A stretch of DNA of 36,774 nucleotides from Callorhinchus milii (Eukaryota). The notes beneath the pieces are model-generated. The model was not told the origin of the DNA and searched no databases. It saw only the letters and a program-made list of their open reading frames with translations. This document shows positions 23,876 through 35,700 of this stretch, piece after piece (within the stretch, counting starts at the first letter, position 1; each line of letters opens with the position of its first letter). The DNA is taken from assembly GCF_018977255.1 (NCBI RefSeq), contig NW_024705526.1, forward strand, positions 1 to 36,774. Direction: 5' to 3'. A program made the position numbers and the translations under genes.

Positions 23876-25366
23876 CAGTGAGGGAAAAAATTATTTGATC
23901 CCCTGCTGATTTTGTACGTTTGCCCACTGACAAATAAATGATCAGTCTATAATTTTAATGGTAGGTTTATTTGAACAGTGAGAGACCGAATAACAACACA
24001 AAAATCCAGAAAAACGCACGTCAAAAATGTTATAAATTGATTTGCATTTTAATGAGGGAAATACGTATTTGACCCCTCTGCAAAACATGACTTAGTACTT
24101 GGTGGCAAAACCCTTGTTGACAATCACAGAGGTCAGACGTTTCTTGTAGTTGGCCACCAGGTTTGCACAGATCTCAGGAGGGATTTTGTCCCACTCCTCT
24201 TTGCAGATCTTCTCCAAGTCATTAAGGTTTCGAGGCTGACGTTTGGCAACTCGAACCTTCAGCTCCCTCTGCAGATTTTCTATGGGATTAAGGTCTGGAG
24301 ACTGGCTAGGCCACTCCAGGACCTTAATGTGCTTCTTCTTGAGCCACTCCTTTGTTGCATTGGCCGTGTGTTTAGGGTCATTGTCATGCTGGAATACCCA
24401 TCCACGACCCATTTTCAATGCCCTGGCTGAGGGAAGGAGGTTCTCACCCAGGTATGACGGTACATGGCCCCGTCCATCGTCCCTTTGATGCGGTGAAGTT
24501 GTCCTGTCCCCTTAGCAGAAACACCCCCCCAAAGCATAATGTTTCCACTTCCATGTTTGACGGTGGGGATGGTGTTCTTGGGGTCATAGGCAGCATTCCT
24601 CCTCCAAATACGGCGAGTTGAGTTGATGCCAAAGAGCTCCATTTTGGTCTCATCTGACCACAACACTTTCACCCAGTTGTCCTCTGAATCATTCAGATGT
24701 TCATTGGCAAACTTCAGACGGGCATGTATATGTGCTTTCTTGAGCAGGGGGACCTTGCGGGCGCTGCAGGATTTCAGTCCTTCACGGCGTAGTGTTACCA
24801 ACTGCTTTCTTGGTGACTATGGTCCCAGCTGCCTTGAGATCATTGACAAGATCCTCCCGTGTAGTTCTGGGCTGATTCTTCACCGTTCTCATGATCATTG
24901 CAACTCCACGAGGTGAGATCTTGCATGGAGCCCCAGGCCGTGGGAGATTGACAGTTCTTTTGTGTTTCTTCCATTTGCGAATAATCGCACCAACTGTTGT
25001 CACCTTCTCACCAAGCTGCTTGACGATGGTCTTGTAGCCCATTCCAGCCTTGTGTAGGTCTACAATCTTGTCCCCGACATCCTTGGAGAGCTCTTTGGTC
25101 TTGGCCATGGTGGAGAGTTTGGAATCTGATCGATTGCTTCTGTGAACAGGTGTCTTTTATAGAGGTAACAAGCTGAGATTAGGAGCATTCCCTCATTAAA
25201 ATGCAAATCAATTTATAACATTTTTGACATGCGTTTTTCTGGATTTGTTGTTATTCTGTCTCTCACTGTTCAAATAAACCTACCATTACAATTATAGACT
25301 GATCATTTCTTTTCAGTAGGCAAACGTACAAAATCAGCAGGGGATCAATATTTTTTTCCCTCACTA
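23876..25366 (-). mobile_element. Tc1-family DNA transposon with long TIRs
   Basis: TA|CAGTGAGGGAAAAAA..TATTTGATCCCCTGCTGATTTTGTACGTTTG at the left and its reverse complement ending CCCTCACTA at the right. TIRs are about 180 bp. Confidence 0.95.
24092..25108 (-). pseudogene. Tc1 transposase (DD34E), two frameshifts
   Basis: [10 protein letters not shown]...VGAIIRKWK (paired-like HTH), [24 protein letters not shown] and [13 protein letters not shown]...GFATKY, spread over three frames. Confidence 0.95.
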
Positions 25367-25371
25367 CAGCA

Positions 25372-25439
25372 GGCATCAAGGTCGAGATTGAACCCAGAAC
25401 CTCCTGTATGCCAGGCGAGAGAGCTACCATCTCCCCACC
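25372..25439 (-). mobile_element. tRNA-derived SINE head or tRNA pseudogene
   Basis: The minus strand reads GGTGGGGAGATGGTAGCTCTCTCGCCTGGCATACAGGAGGTTCTGGGTTCAATCTCGACC, with A-box-like and GGTTCAATC B-box-like motifs but imperfect stems. Confidence 0.55.
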
Positions 25440-25459
25440 AATGTAATTTGTTTCCATAC

Positions 25460-25630
25460 ATCAGCACTATCATCCGCATGGTCATTCCACTGCTGGTTAA
25501 AGGCCTTCCCAAGCCCTCTCCATCTTTCACAATCTTGCGATCAAACCGCACAACCAGCACCGGCACACCAGCCGACTTCATTGCTCCATCTCCTCGGTGA
25601 AGTGTGGCGACGTGGCCTGGCGCTACCGCG
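25460..25630 (-). mobile_element. RTE-clade LINE 3' end fragment
   Basis: The minus frame GSARPRRHTSPRRWSNEV..CAG...*SQDCERWRGLGKAFNQQWND resembles RTE ORF C-termini. Confidence 0.65.
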
Positions 25631-26133
25631 ATCACAGCTCGTTGTAGAGGTTCACGGTTCAATTTCAGCAGCTGTCCTGGTTATTACTGCAGGTGCAATA
25701 ACCATAATGACACTGCATGCAGTCTGCTTCACATTGGACGTTAAATATCCCCTGACGTAATTCGCAGTAGGCCATTATGTGCTGGCGTCAGCTAAAATGC
25801 ACCGCAAATTACTCAATCGGGACTCTCCACAGCAGTAGCAATCATCGCCCCCTACTGGCAGACTCAAGCCACAAGTCACTCTTGCAAATGAGTATCATCG
25901 TGGTCTCGAGGTCTCACCATCAGTTTAAACAACAAATTTGATACTCTTGGACGTGTTACTTTCAAAAGCTGACACCACATCCTTATTATTGACCGTCAGT
26001 CATCCCTTCCCACAGCAAGTCCTACGCAAGCCAACTTAAAATTTACAAATGTTAACCAGGTAATGTTCTCCGATTCTACATGTTCTTCTATCAATACAAT
26101 TCCAAGCGTGCATCTATCTATGATACTTTGCAC

Positions 26134-27269
26134 TTATACTGGTAGGAACGAAGTGGACCAGCCTACAACAGATTATATCGTCCGTCCGTCCGTGTAGCAA
26201 CATCGCCCCCTACTGCAAACACTTGGCATGACCCTACAAAAACCTTTAGACTCAGTGACGCTTTCCTGGCTAAACAAGTGTAACATTCCCTTATAATTCC
26301 CTCAGATAGCTTTTAATTAAAACATTTAAATTAATGAGGCTTTCCTGGCTAAACAAGTGTAACATTCCCTTATAATTCCCTGAGATAGCTTTTAATTAAA
26401 ACTTTAAATTAAAATTTAACTCACAGCGCCCTAAAGCCTACAGCTAGGCCTAAAGCCTCGAACAACGCCTCAAACTCTCCCTTCGTATCGTTCCCCCGCG
26501 TGTGTGCAAGGGAGTTAATGTTTAACAATGCTACATTCCCTGATGCTTTTAAATAGAAACATTTAAATTTAAAGCTTTTACATACATAATAAAAACATTT
26601 AAATTAAAAATTAACTCACAGCGCCCTAAAGCCTACAGCTAGGCCTAAAGCCTCAAACTACGCCTCAAACTCTCCCTTCGTATCGTACCCCCGCGTGTGC
26701 GCAAGGGAGTTAATGTTTAACAATGTTACATTCCCTGATGCTTTTAAATAGAAACATTTAAATTTAAAGCTTTTACATTAATAATAAAAACATTTTAATT
26801 TAAAATTAACTCACGGCGGCCTAAAGCCTACAGCTAGACCTAAAGCCTAGAACGAGGCCTCAAACTCTCCCTTCGTATCGTACCCCCGCCTGTGTGAAAG
26901 AGAGTTAATGTTTCACAATGTTACATTCCCTGATGTTTTTAAATAGAAACATTTACATTTAAAGCTTTTACATTAATAATTAAAACATTAAAATTATACA
27001 TAAATAATTAAAACATTTAAATTAAAAATTAACTCACAGCGACCTAACGCCTACAGCTAGGCCTAAAGCATAGAACTAGGCCTCACACTCTCCCTTCGTA
27101 TCGTCCGATTCGGTGTAGCAACATCGCCCCCTACTGCAAACACTTGGCAGGACTCTACAAAAACCTTTAGACTCAGTGGGGCTTTCCTGGCTAAACAAGT
27201 GTAATAATACATTATGTTTATATTCTTTGGTTATTGGTTCCTACCAGCCCACCCAGCAGGGTCCTGTTT
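26134..27269 (+). mobile_element. Helentron-associated non-autonomous element (HINE/DINE-1-like), copy 2
   Basis: TTATA-CTGGTAGGAAC (26139-26149) pairs with GTTCCTACCAG (27237-27247) as sub-TIRs. It also has GTCCGTCCGTCC, a ~90-bp direct repeat (about 26192-26283 and 27113-27203) flanking a tandem array, a 3' hairpin and a T run. Confidence 0.78.
26400..27102. repeat. ~195-bp tandem array inside HINE copy 2
   Basis: CTCTCCCTTCGTATCG anchors at 26475, 26670, 26865 and 27088. Confidence 0.9.
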
Positions 27270-28989
27270 TTTTCCCTTCACATAACATATTTATTTAGAT
27301 GCTCTGTAAAATCAACTACTAGTGTTGTATTGTGGTGGCTGGCGAAGATTGAGTTTTAGAACTCATGATAAATTGTGAAAGGTGCCTCATAAGCACAGGT
27401 TACGTTACTGTTAACACATACAACTGCAACACAACAGCAGTCTAAACAATATATTTAGATATCAAAACAACAATTTCAATGATAACATTTTTACATTCTC
27501 AATTCAACTGCAAACATCACAACCAAGTGCATTTTTCTTCGGTTAAATGTCTTGCTTTTTTATTATTAAGAACTGTGGGCGAATGTAAGTGTAATCTTTC
27601 GCTTGCATAGAAACAGCTGACGGCACAAATTAATCAATCGTTGACTGCCAGAACCCCAGAGAAACTAAGCACCGTGGAAAACGTCGAAGATAAACTCTTC
27701 CTTGAATGTAATCCTCCTGCCACTTCCGCTGGGCGGTGAAAATATCTCCTGCGCGTAACAGATTCATTAATCAAAAAGAGAATGGCGTTTTAAGTATTTA
27801 CAAGATATTTACATCGCAAGATTGTGAGATGTGGTCACTTGCGGAGGCACCTTCATCAAGCAGAATATGGCCAATGCCAATATGTAACTCAGAAGCCAAC
27901 ATTATTAACGGCTGGGCCAAACGACCTTTTGCAGGAATTGGTTAATGTTACAAGGAACCTTAGCATCATTAAATGAGGTACTCACTCATTCTGTTAACAG
28001 ACTTGACAGTCAGTTGGCATGGGTATCTTGAACACTGCCACATTTTTCTATCCAGTTGGAGAGGTAGATTTCACTTGCAATACCGTTTTCTCTGGATTTT
28101 AAAACACTCCAAGAAACAATTAATTTCTGGTGTCGATTAAGTTATAATTGGTCAAACACATACACATAAGGACGTATGTGTGTTATTCATCTACCAGATT
28201 ATCTCAATGTAGAGATTCCAGTAATTGAACTGAATGATTCGCCTCTCGTATTCCACCACTTTCAACCACCTGGAAATAAACTCAAAATCACCCTCACCAC
28301 GTGGGATTGCTAGGGACTTGACAACTTCGGATTTGCATCCAAGTTTGTACAAGTGGGCGGGCAAGTGGAAGTGTAGCGGTTTGTGCACTGCGTGGTAAAA
28401 AGTCGAGTCTTGAGTTGGAGTTCAATTCTCGGTTACGTCAGTGGCGAGTAATGTCTGAATCGGTCCTAGAGACATTACCCGGTCCTAATTACTGTAAAAA
28501 AACACAAGGTAATGAGTAACTCCAAATTTGGGGTAAATAGTAGGACCGGTATATATGCAGTAGTAGTTTTTGCAACTCGTGACCCCTGCCACCCTATGTT
28601 AATCAACCCACATTGACTCAAGTGGTGAAGCATGGTCAAACGTACCCCAGCAGTGGATTTAACAAGGACTGTAAATAATTATCATAATTTACAACCTTCC
28701 AATTAGCATGGTTGGCTACGTACGGTGCGAAAGAAGATCAACATACATGTTACAATAGGAATGGAGGTCCAATGTATTAACCTGGATTTCGAATACTATT
28801 ACAATGGGAAGATGCACGGGCAGGTTGCATGGTGAGGTAATATGCGAGTACTCCTTCCTATTCGAAGATGTCTGATTAAATATCCTCTTGAGGGGGGGGG
28901 GGGGGCAGCTCCGCCGAGCGGAAGACCTTTCGGCAAAGTGGCCACGAGCAAGAAATTGCAGGGCTGCATCTTAACCTTCACCTATTAAA

Positions 28990-29565
28990 CTTGATTTAAA
29001 GCTTTCGTGACTGCGGGAATTACTCTTTGGTTCTTTCGGTAAAGTCACGTAGAAAGAAAATAAATTAAATAATAGAATACGCCGTTTCGATTGCAACACA
29101 AGCAGTCGTCATCAGGTAGAACTAAATTTGAGAGACAAAACACAGACACGGAGACACACAGACAGACACACAAGCAGAGAGACGACACAGAGACCCAATG
29201 CCTCGTGTCGTGGCCTTAAATAGAAAGGGGGGCAGGGCAGAGAGAAAGGTAGGTTTGCTGGAACAGAGAAATTAGCATGTAAATGAAAGAGCTGTGTGGA
29301 AATCCACCCCGCGGTAGCAGGGGAGAGAAAGACCCAGCAAGTCTGGTAAAAAAAAAATACATTTTTAGGTCCATTCGCTTTTTCTCTCCCCCTGCCACCG
29401 CGGGGTGGATTTCCACACAGCTCTCATTGACATGCTAATTTATCTGCTCCACAGACCCACCTCTCTCTACCCCCCCCCCCTTTCTATTTAAGGCCACGAC
29501 ACAAGAGGCATTGGGTATCTGTGTTTATAAGTTGCGTGTCTCTCTCTGTGTTGTCTCTCTGCTTA
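28990..29565 (-). mobile_element. Penelope pseudo-LTR relic with an adjacent inverted partial copy
   Basis: On the minus strand: TATTTAA, a hammerhead core, then TACGTGACTTTACCGAAAGAACC...GCAGTCACGAAAGCTT as at 3687-3742. About 29170-29331 is the reverse complement of about 29380-29565. Confidence 0.75.
29078..29118 (-). ncRNA. Minimal hammerhead motif, cleavage triplet mutated (GGC)
   Basis: The minus strand reads TAC-CTGATGA-C-GACTGC(loop)GCAATC-GAAA-C-GGC-GTA. Confidence 0.65.
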
Positions 29566-31189
29566 TTAGCGGCAAGGGCCGAAGTGTAGTTGGCATGGTC
29601 GCTGGTTGCAAGGAATGAAATGGGCCAACTCCCTTGTTAAATTTCCCTGAGCCCCTCCTCTTCATAAGCCCAGTGCCTGGACTCCCTCCTCTTGCCCCGT
29701 GGATCTCGTGCAGGTGTACTGCTCATACACTTGATAGCCACGCCACTGCTTAACTAGAACGTCAAGTAATAATTGGCGTAACAAATCCAACTCAGTTTGA
29801 GACCTCAAGAAGAATGTTTGTACTGGTCGAGAAACTCCAGTTTAAAACGTTTGGCAGTTCAAAGACAACTTTATCCTTAAAATCAGAAGCAGTGTCCATA
29901 CAAACCAGCTTGCCAGTGTAAACATGCAAAAAGCACCAATCGCAGCAGTTTTAATCAACCTTGTACCATAAAATAATTTACATTATAACTGGGTTTCGTT
30001 TTCTCGCACTTAGTTTATTTACACATGCACACCGTTGGGTAAGATTACTGATATTCATGACGCTAATGTCGTCAATTAACTTTACTTTCGTTCAGCACCA
30101 CCAACAATGTGGGGTGCGTGTGCCTGGCGGAAGTCACAAGTGCACATTGTTATCTACACGGTCTGAAAATATGCTTTTGGTGTTGCGAGTTTGGTGTCTG
30201 GGCTTCAACATTGATCAGCCACACGAGCATAACACATCTCATGGACCAAACGGCAAAACACCAATACTTCAAATCCCCCTCTCTCCCCACCACCGTGCAT
30301 CCGTCGCAGAGTGCACCACCTGACAAAAGGTTGGATGTAAAAAAACACTCCCGACAAACGCCGCACCTCAATTTCTAAGATGTTTGTTATACTTTTGGCG
30401 CATTTCGAAACGTAAGTTATTGACAGAATACAAACGATTGGGAGCAAATTTCGCCATGAGTGCTCAATTCCAGTGTGGTGGCTAATTGGCGAAATACTTC
30501 AGATTTTTTTGCCGAATAGATTTTTTTATCAGACATTATTGGACGTTATTACAGACATGTACTTAAACACAGCCCAACTTTTTATTGGAAAAAGGTAGTA
30601 AATCTCCAGACAACACTTTGAAATGGTGCATCATGACTTTGAACCGCCCATGTTTCCAGTGGAGACGCACGGCGTGAGCTCATCGCACAAAAAACTGTTA
30701 AACAAAAATCGACTTATCACGGCAAAACTGCCACATCTGAGACATTGCTGGATAAATTGTAAGCCAGAAATGCGCTGAGGGATGTAAAAAAACTGTGCTT
30801 TACAGTTTCAGATGCAATACCTGACCCAGCCTGAATATTATTCATGCCCAGAGCTTAATTTAAACCTGTTCAGTTCACAGCTATATCCATCAGCAGGGCC
30901 GCCCGCACACGGTGGACCAAATTGTCGGTACTTCCACCTCTTCCAAGAATACTGGCCAGCGTAGATGAGGCCAACTATCCTATCCTCTCAAGATAGCTTC
31001 CTGAGAGCTTCCTGAGAGCTTCCTCTTGCAGAGGGCCTTTCTGCTGCCAGTCGTGAAGCAGGGAAGAAATTGCAGGGCTGCACCGTCACCCTATGTGGGA
31101 AGCCGACCCGAGAGAATATTTCTGCACTCAGCAGACCACAATCGACATGGAAAATATTCAGCGCCAACTTAAGAGGGTGGCTGCCAAGG

Positions 31190-31983
31190 CCCGCTGTAGT
31201 GTGGCAAATAGTGGTACGGCTGCTGGTACGTCTGTGCCGGGCTGGCCTGTGGCGGTAGGGCAGCTGCCGTTGGGCCTGGAAGGGTGCCAGCCGTCCCACG
31301 AACATCCACGGAGGCGGTTGAACAGGCGGAGGGCTATTTGGGTGGACGGTCGGACAAGGGGGCGGAAGAGTCGGGCAGGAAGGGGGTGGCACAGTCGAGC
31401 AGGAAGGGGGTGGCACAGTCGGGCAAGAAGGAGGTGGCACAGTCAAGCAAGAAGGAGGTGGCACAGTCGGGCAGGAAGGGGGCGGCATCATCCCGAACTG
31501 GGGTGGCGCTATCGGGCAAGAGGGGGGCGGCACCGTCGCGCAGGGAGGAGGTGGCAGCACGAACCCAGGTCGCGAGAGGCACGGCTGCACCCCCTGGTGC
31601 AATGCGTGTGACAGGAATAGCGGTGGCAGTGGCGGCGGCGGCAAAACAGGCTGCAGTGCGCAACCAGACGGTTGCCTTGGCGGTGACAGCGATTTAGGGG
31701 TGGACACTCTGGTAGTGGTGGTGGCGGAAGTTCTGGTGGCGGAGGAGGGGGCTGCTGGGTGGGAGCGGCGGCTGTGGCGGTATTTTCGGCGGGGCAGGGA
31801 GGACTGTCATTGCGGTGGTGTCGGTGGTGCCTGGCTCCTCATTTGGACACCTGCTGCTGGCACTGGCGGATGTGGCGTCAGTGGTGCTGGAGTCCTTGTT
31901 ATTCTGCTCTGGGTCTCCTGTCTGGCACCAGGGCTGTGTGTGTGGTGCCTGCGACGAATGCAGACCGCGGTCTAAGGAGTCGT
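31190..31983 (-). pseudogene. Probable terminal proline-rich exon of the TASOR-like gene (frameshifted)
   Basis: Polypyrimidine tract + TAG acceptor (intron 31984-32733, GTGAGT donor, phase 1 on both sides), giving DDSLDRGLHSSQ...PPKIPPQPPLPP. The 3' end is uncertain. Confidence 0.55.
31360..31560 (-). repeat. 24-bp coding minisatellite (PPPSCPTV repeats)
   Basis: GGGCAGGAAGGGGGTGGCACAGTC-like units; the minus frame reads (PPPSC[P/L/S]TV)n. Confidence 0.85.
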
Positions 31984-32733
31984 CTACGGAGCAAGAAGGG
32001 GATAAAAGAGCGAGGGTTTGAGTTTCACTTTAAGATTTTAGTTTTTATGAATAGGAGAGCACATCCACAAATTGGCAATGTGCAGGTGCAAGGTGGATGA
32101 TTGATGATGAGAATGTATTACAAAAATTAGGCAACCTCACAGTGCAATTTAAAAACAAAATTTTTCGAATAATGAAAGCGAACATTTTTTATGTAATTTA
32201 TCAACGGTCAGAGAAAATATGGCTTACCTATGGCACAATATGTGGACGCACCCCATCGCCATCTCAGCTCGTAGGCGTACGTCCGACACCAGTGCGATAT
32301 TATGAAAAGCAGTGATGAGTGTTGTATATGATCAGTCCAGTGCCTTACAGTGCTTTCAAAATTGTTATAATTTCAATTAAAATAATGAGTGCTTTTGGTA
32401 TTTGTGCCATTCTATTACGAGGGTGCTGCGTCGCAAACGACCAGTCGGCAGTAGGTTCACGGTAGACGGCGACAACTGCTGCAAGTTCTCCCAATTAACA
32501 CGCATCAAACTATGCACACGTAAGAATTACAGTCCGTTCTTCTATCACACGTGTTTTCTCATAACGTGAATTGGATATTAAACGATGAATGTATTCGGGA
32601 ACATTTTTTATGACGCGGATGCGAATTGGATAACGCAATTGAGTTAACAGAAATCGATTCCTGAATCACAATGATTCCTCGAATGGCAAGGAAGAGGGGA
32701 GAGCGAATCGTCGCAAGCGTAGCCGGCACTCAC

Positions 32734-35700
32734 CTCGACCCGGAGAACGTCTCCTCCTCCTCTCGGACTCTTCCTCTGCACTGCTCTTCGTGATCCTCAT
32801 CCTCTCTGGGGGAGTCTTCCAGTGCTGCCGATCTCCGCTCGGTGTCTCCGTGCGCTTCTCCGTGCAGCCGTCCCGGTGGAACGCGGCCGGCGATTGCATT
32901 TCCGCTGCCGCCATCTTTGACTTCGCCGTCGAGCCGTCGGCCCTGCCTGGCTTCTCCCTGCCATGCGCTGCCACCGCTGCCATCATCATTCCCGCCGTGT
33001 GTTGGTTGCCCTGCTTGTGTCGCAACTTTATCTCCTCCCAGAGCGACAGCGGCTTCAAAATATTCTTCTTGCGCTCACTCTGGCAAGGCGGGTGAACCGT
33101 CAGCCTGGACCGGTCAGGCAACCCCCGACTCTAACCTGCCCATCTCCTTGAAGGAGCAACGCACCCCGTTGACCTTTTGCGTTGTCGCCGGATGAAAAAA
33201 AAAGATGAAACGCGTAAATGAAACACAGCGGGAGGAGTGGAGCGATCGCTAATTGCCCTTTTCTCATCGCACCGCTTCCTCTCATCGGGGGTATCGCTCA
33301 CGCCATCATCATCACGCTTCCCGTCGGACTCCGCCTTGGGGACGCGTGGTGGCGGTCCGGGCGGCTCTTCGACGTCTGTCCTCCGCCTCTTGCACTCGGC
33401 CCGCTCATTCGGTGGGGTCACCGGTCTGTGTTTTCTGCCGCCGGCGAGGTCACCCGCGAGGTCATGGTTGCCCTCCTGTGGGATTGGGATACTGGGCCAA
33501 AGGCTATCGTGGGTGGCATCACCCTGACCGTTGTGCTTCCCCGCCTCCAACTGCGGCGCCGCCACCATCACCGCCGCCGCCACCATCACCGCCGCCAGAG
33601 CTTCTGGCTTTGCTGCTGCTCCTTCCTTGAAGACTGCTGTGGGGCGACAGGGATCCAAGTCTCACTGCTTTCACGCTTGTCATAGGGAGACGATGACACT
33701 GCCGCCTCAGCTGCTGGTGGCCGCTCGTGCACAGAGGTAGCGAGCCGGCTATGGCTAGAGTCTTTATTATCTTTATTATCTCCCGGCGGCACTGGGGTGG
33801 CGAGACTGGCTGCCTATCATGCCCTGGGGAGGAAGAGCTGCCTCTGTTGGCTGCCGGTTTCTTCATCGTCTTCGAACGTCACCTGCGGGATGGCTTCGAC
33901 TGTTGCCCGTGCTCTGAAATCGACGACGAGAGCGCACAAGAAACGTTCTGGGTGCTCCGGGGCTTCTCTGCCCACAGCTGGCTTGACACGGGTGTCACCA
34001 CTGCCAGGCACTCCTCGTGCATAGCGATGGATGAACCCCTTTGCGTTTTCCCCTTCTCTTCAGGCGACACGCACACCGCCACTCGGGGAAGATGCTCGGT
34101 TCCTGCCGTGCAGCCGCTCTCCGTCTTCTGCTCCGGAAGCTGCTGCTCGTCTTCATGAATGGCGAACTGCAGGATGGGAAACCTCCTCTGGGAAGCATCC
34201 CTCTTCTCGAACGCCGCCAAGGCTGCCGCTTTGGGCTGCAGTTCTCTGCTGACGGTGGACAGCAGCAGGAGGGGTGCTTTGCTTTGTCTGCCATCCACCT
34301 TTTCTTCCATCGACTTTGACAAAACCTGGCTGAACTGCTGCTGCTCTTGTTTGTAACTGGAAGACAAAACAGACGCCCACTTACGCTTTCTTTCCTTCTT
34401 CTCTACCAATGGCGGAGACTTGAAATACCTCTGCTTTTCTTCTTTCTTCGTCTCTGCCAAAACCACCGAAGCAGCTGCTCCAATCTGCTGCTCGCGAGGG
34501 ATAGAGGCGGTGAGACAAAACGCCCTACCTGGCTACCATCGTCGTCCACCTCTATTGTCAGTGTCGACGCAGCCGAATTGGGCAGTCGCTCACTCTTTCC
34601 GGCACGCGAGTGGGCACGGGGCGAGCTCTGGCCGCTTTTTTTCTCAGCTCTTAGAGGCGATGGCGGCAAGACCACCGTGGCCTGCCGCTGCTGGTTCTCA
34701 TCGGTGGACAGATGGATGGCAGAGGAGCTAGCTTCGCCGTCTTCCCTCTTTTCCAAGGACACTGGTGCTGCAGCTTTTTCTGAGGCGGAATACCAGCCCA
34801 AGCCTCCATATGTCCCATCGACTTTCATCGTTTCTCTCGTCTCTCCTGACGGTCTCAAAGCAACTGTGCGCTGTTGCTGCTGCTCAACCAGGCTGCTACG
34901 CTCAGTTTCTTTCTTTACCACCGCTGATGCAGAAGATTCCACGCTCGGCTGCGGCTCTTGTCTCAGAGCTGACAGAGTGGTGGTGGAGGAGCTACACTTC
35001 CGCTTGCCTTCCCCCCTCTTTGCTCCCAGCGATGTCGTGGACGTGACCGCCACAGGGCTCCCTTCTCGGGTGGACGAGGACGACGTTACCAAACAACTGT
35101 TCCGGCTGCCATATCCCTCCTCGTCCAGCAGCATCGACGACACCACCACCATGGGGCGCTGTTCTTTATCGATGGTAGGCTGGCGGATGGAGGTGCGCTC
35201 TGCTCCTCGGTATCCTTTTTATCCGACGACGTGGCTGCCTTCAGCTGCTGCTCAGGTCGCGGCGGTGTTCGAGGAATGGGGGAAGGACTCGGCACAACGA
35301 GGAGTGTCTCATCCCACACTGTCGATGTTACTGGTCGGGTTGCCGCTCACCACAGATGGTGGTTGAGTGGACGAGGGAGCAGCTCTGGGCACCGACTTTG
35401 TCGCGTCATCCGACAAGGGCCGAGAGGCCACTTTTGTTTCCTGGTTCTTCACTCTCATTTGCTGCTGCTGTTGCTGCTGCTTAAAAGAAGGGACGGGGCT
35501 TGCCGAGATTAAACTACTACCGCTTTCTTTCTTCACTTCTGGAGCAACCGATGTAGGCCGCGTTGACTGCGGTTCCCACTTCACAATGGACGGGGGACAA
35601 GAGGACTGTTCTGGTTGTCAGTTTCCTTCTCTTCCGCAGTAAGTGTTTTCGGCCATTGATCGTCGTGCTTAACAGGTTGACTCTTCCCATCCAATGACGC

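Noticed and set aside
25372..25439. Functional tRNA gene
   Set aside because: Acceptor and anticodon stems pair poorly, so a SINE head or pseudogene is more likely.
21513..27102. 195-bp arrays as a CRISPR-like locus
   Set aside because: The whole unit repeats with no unique spacers, there are no cas genes, and the context is eukaryotic.
21343..27269. A single large TIR transposon (Polinton/Foldback) with 1-kb TIRs
   Set aside because: There is no TSD at the outer ends, each arm has its own complete HINE termini, and the interior lacks polB, integrase or capsid genes.
27500..27720. Possible minus-strand PHD/zinc-finger fragment (GCDVCS)
   Set aside because: Only two cysteines among stop codons, and the plus strand explains the region better.
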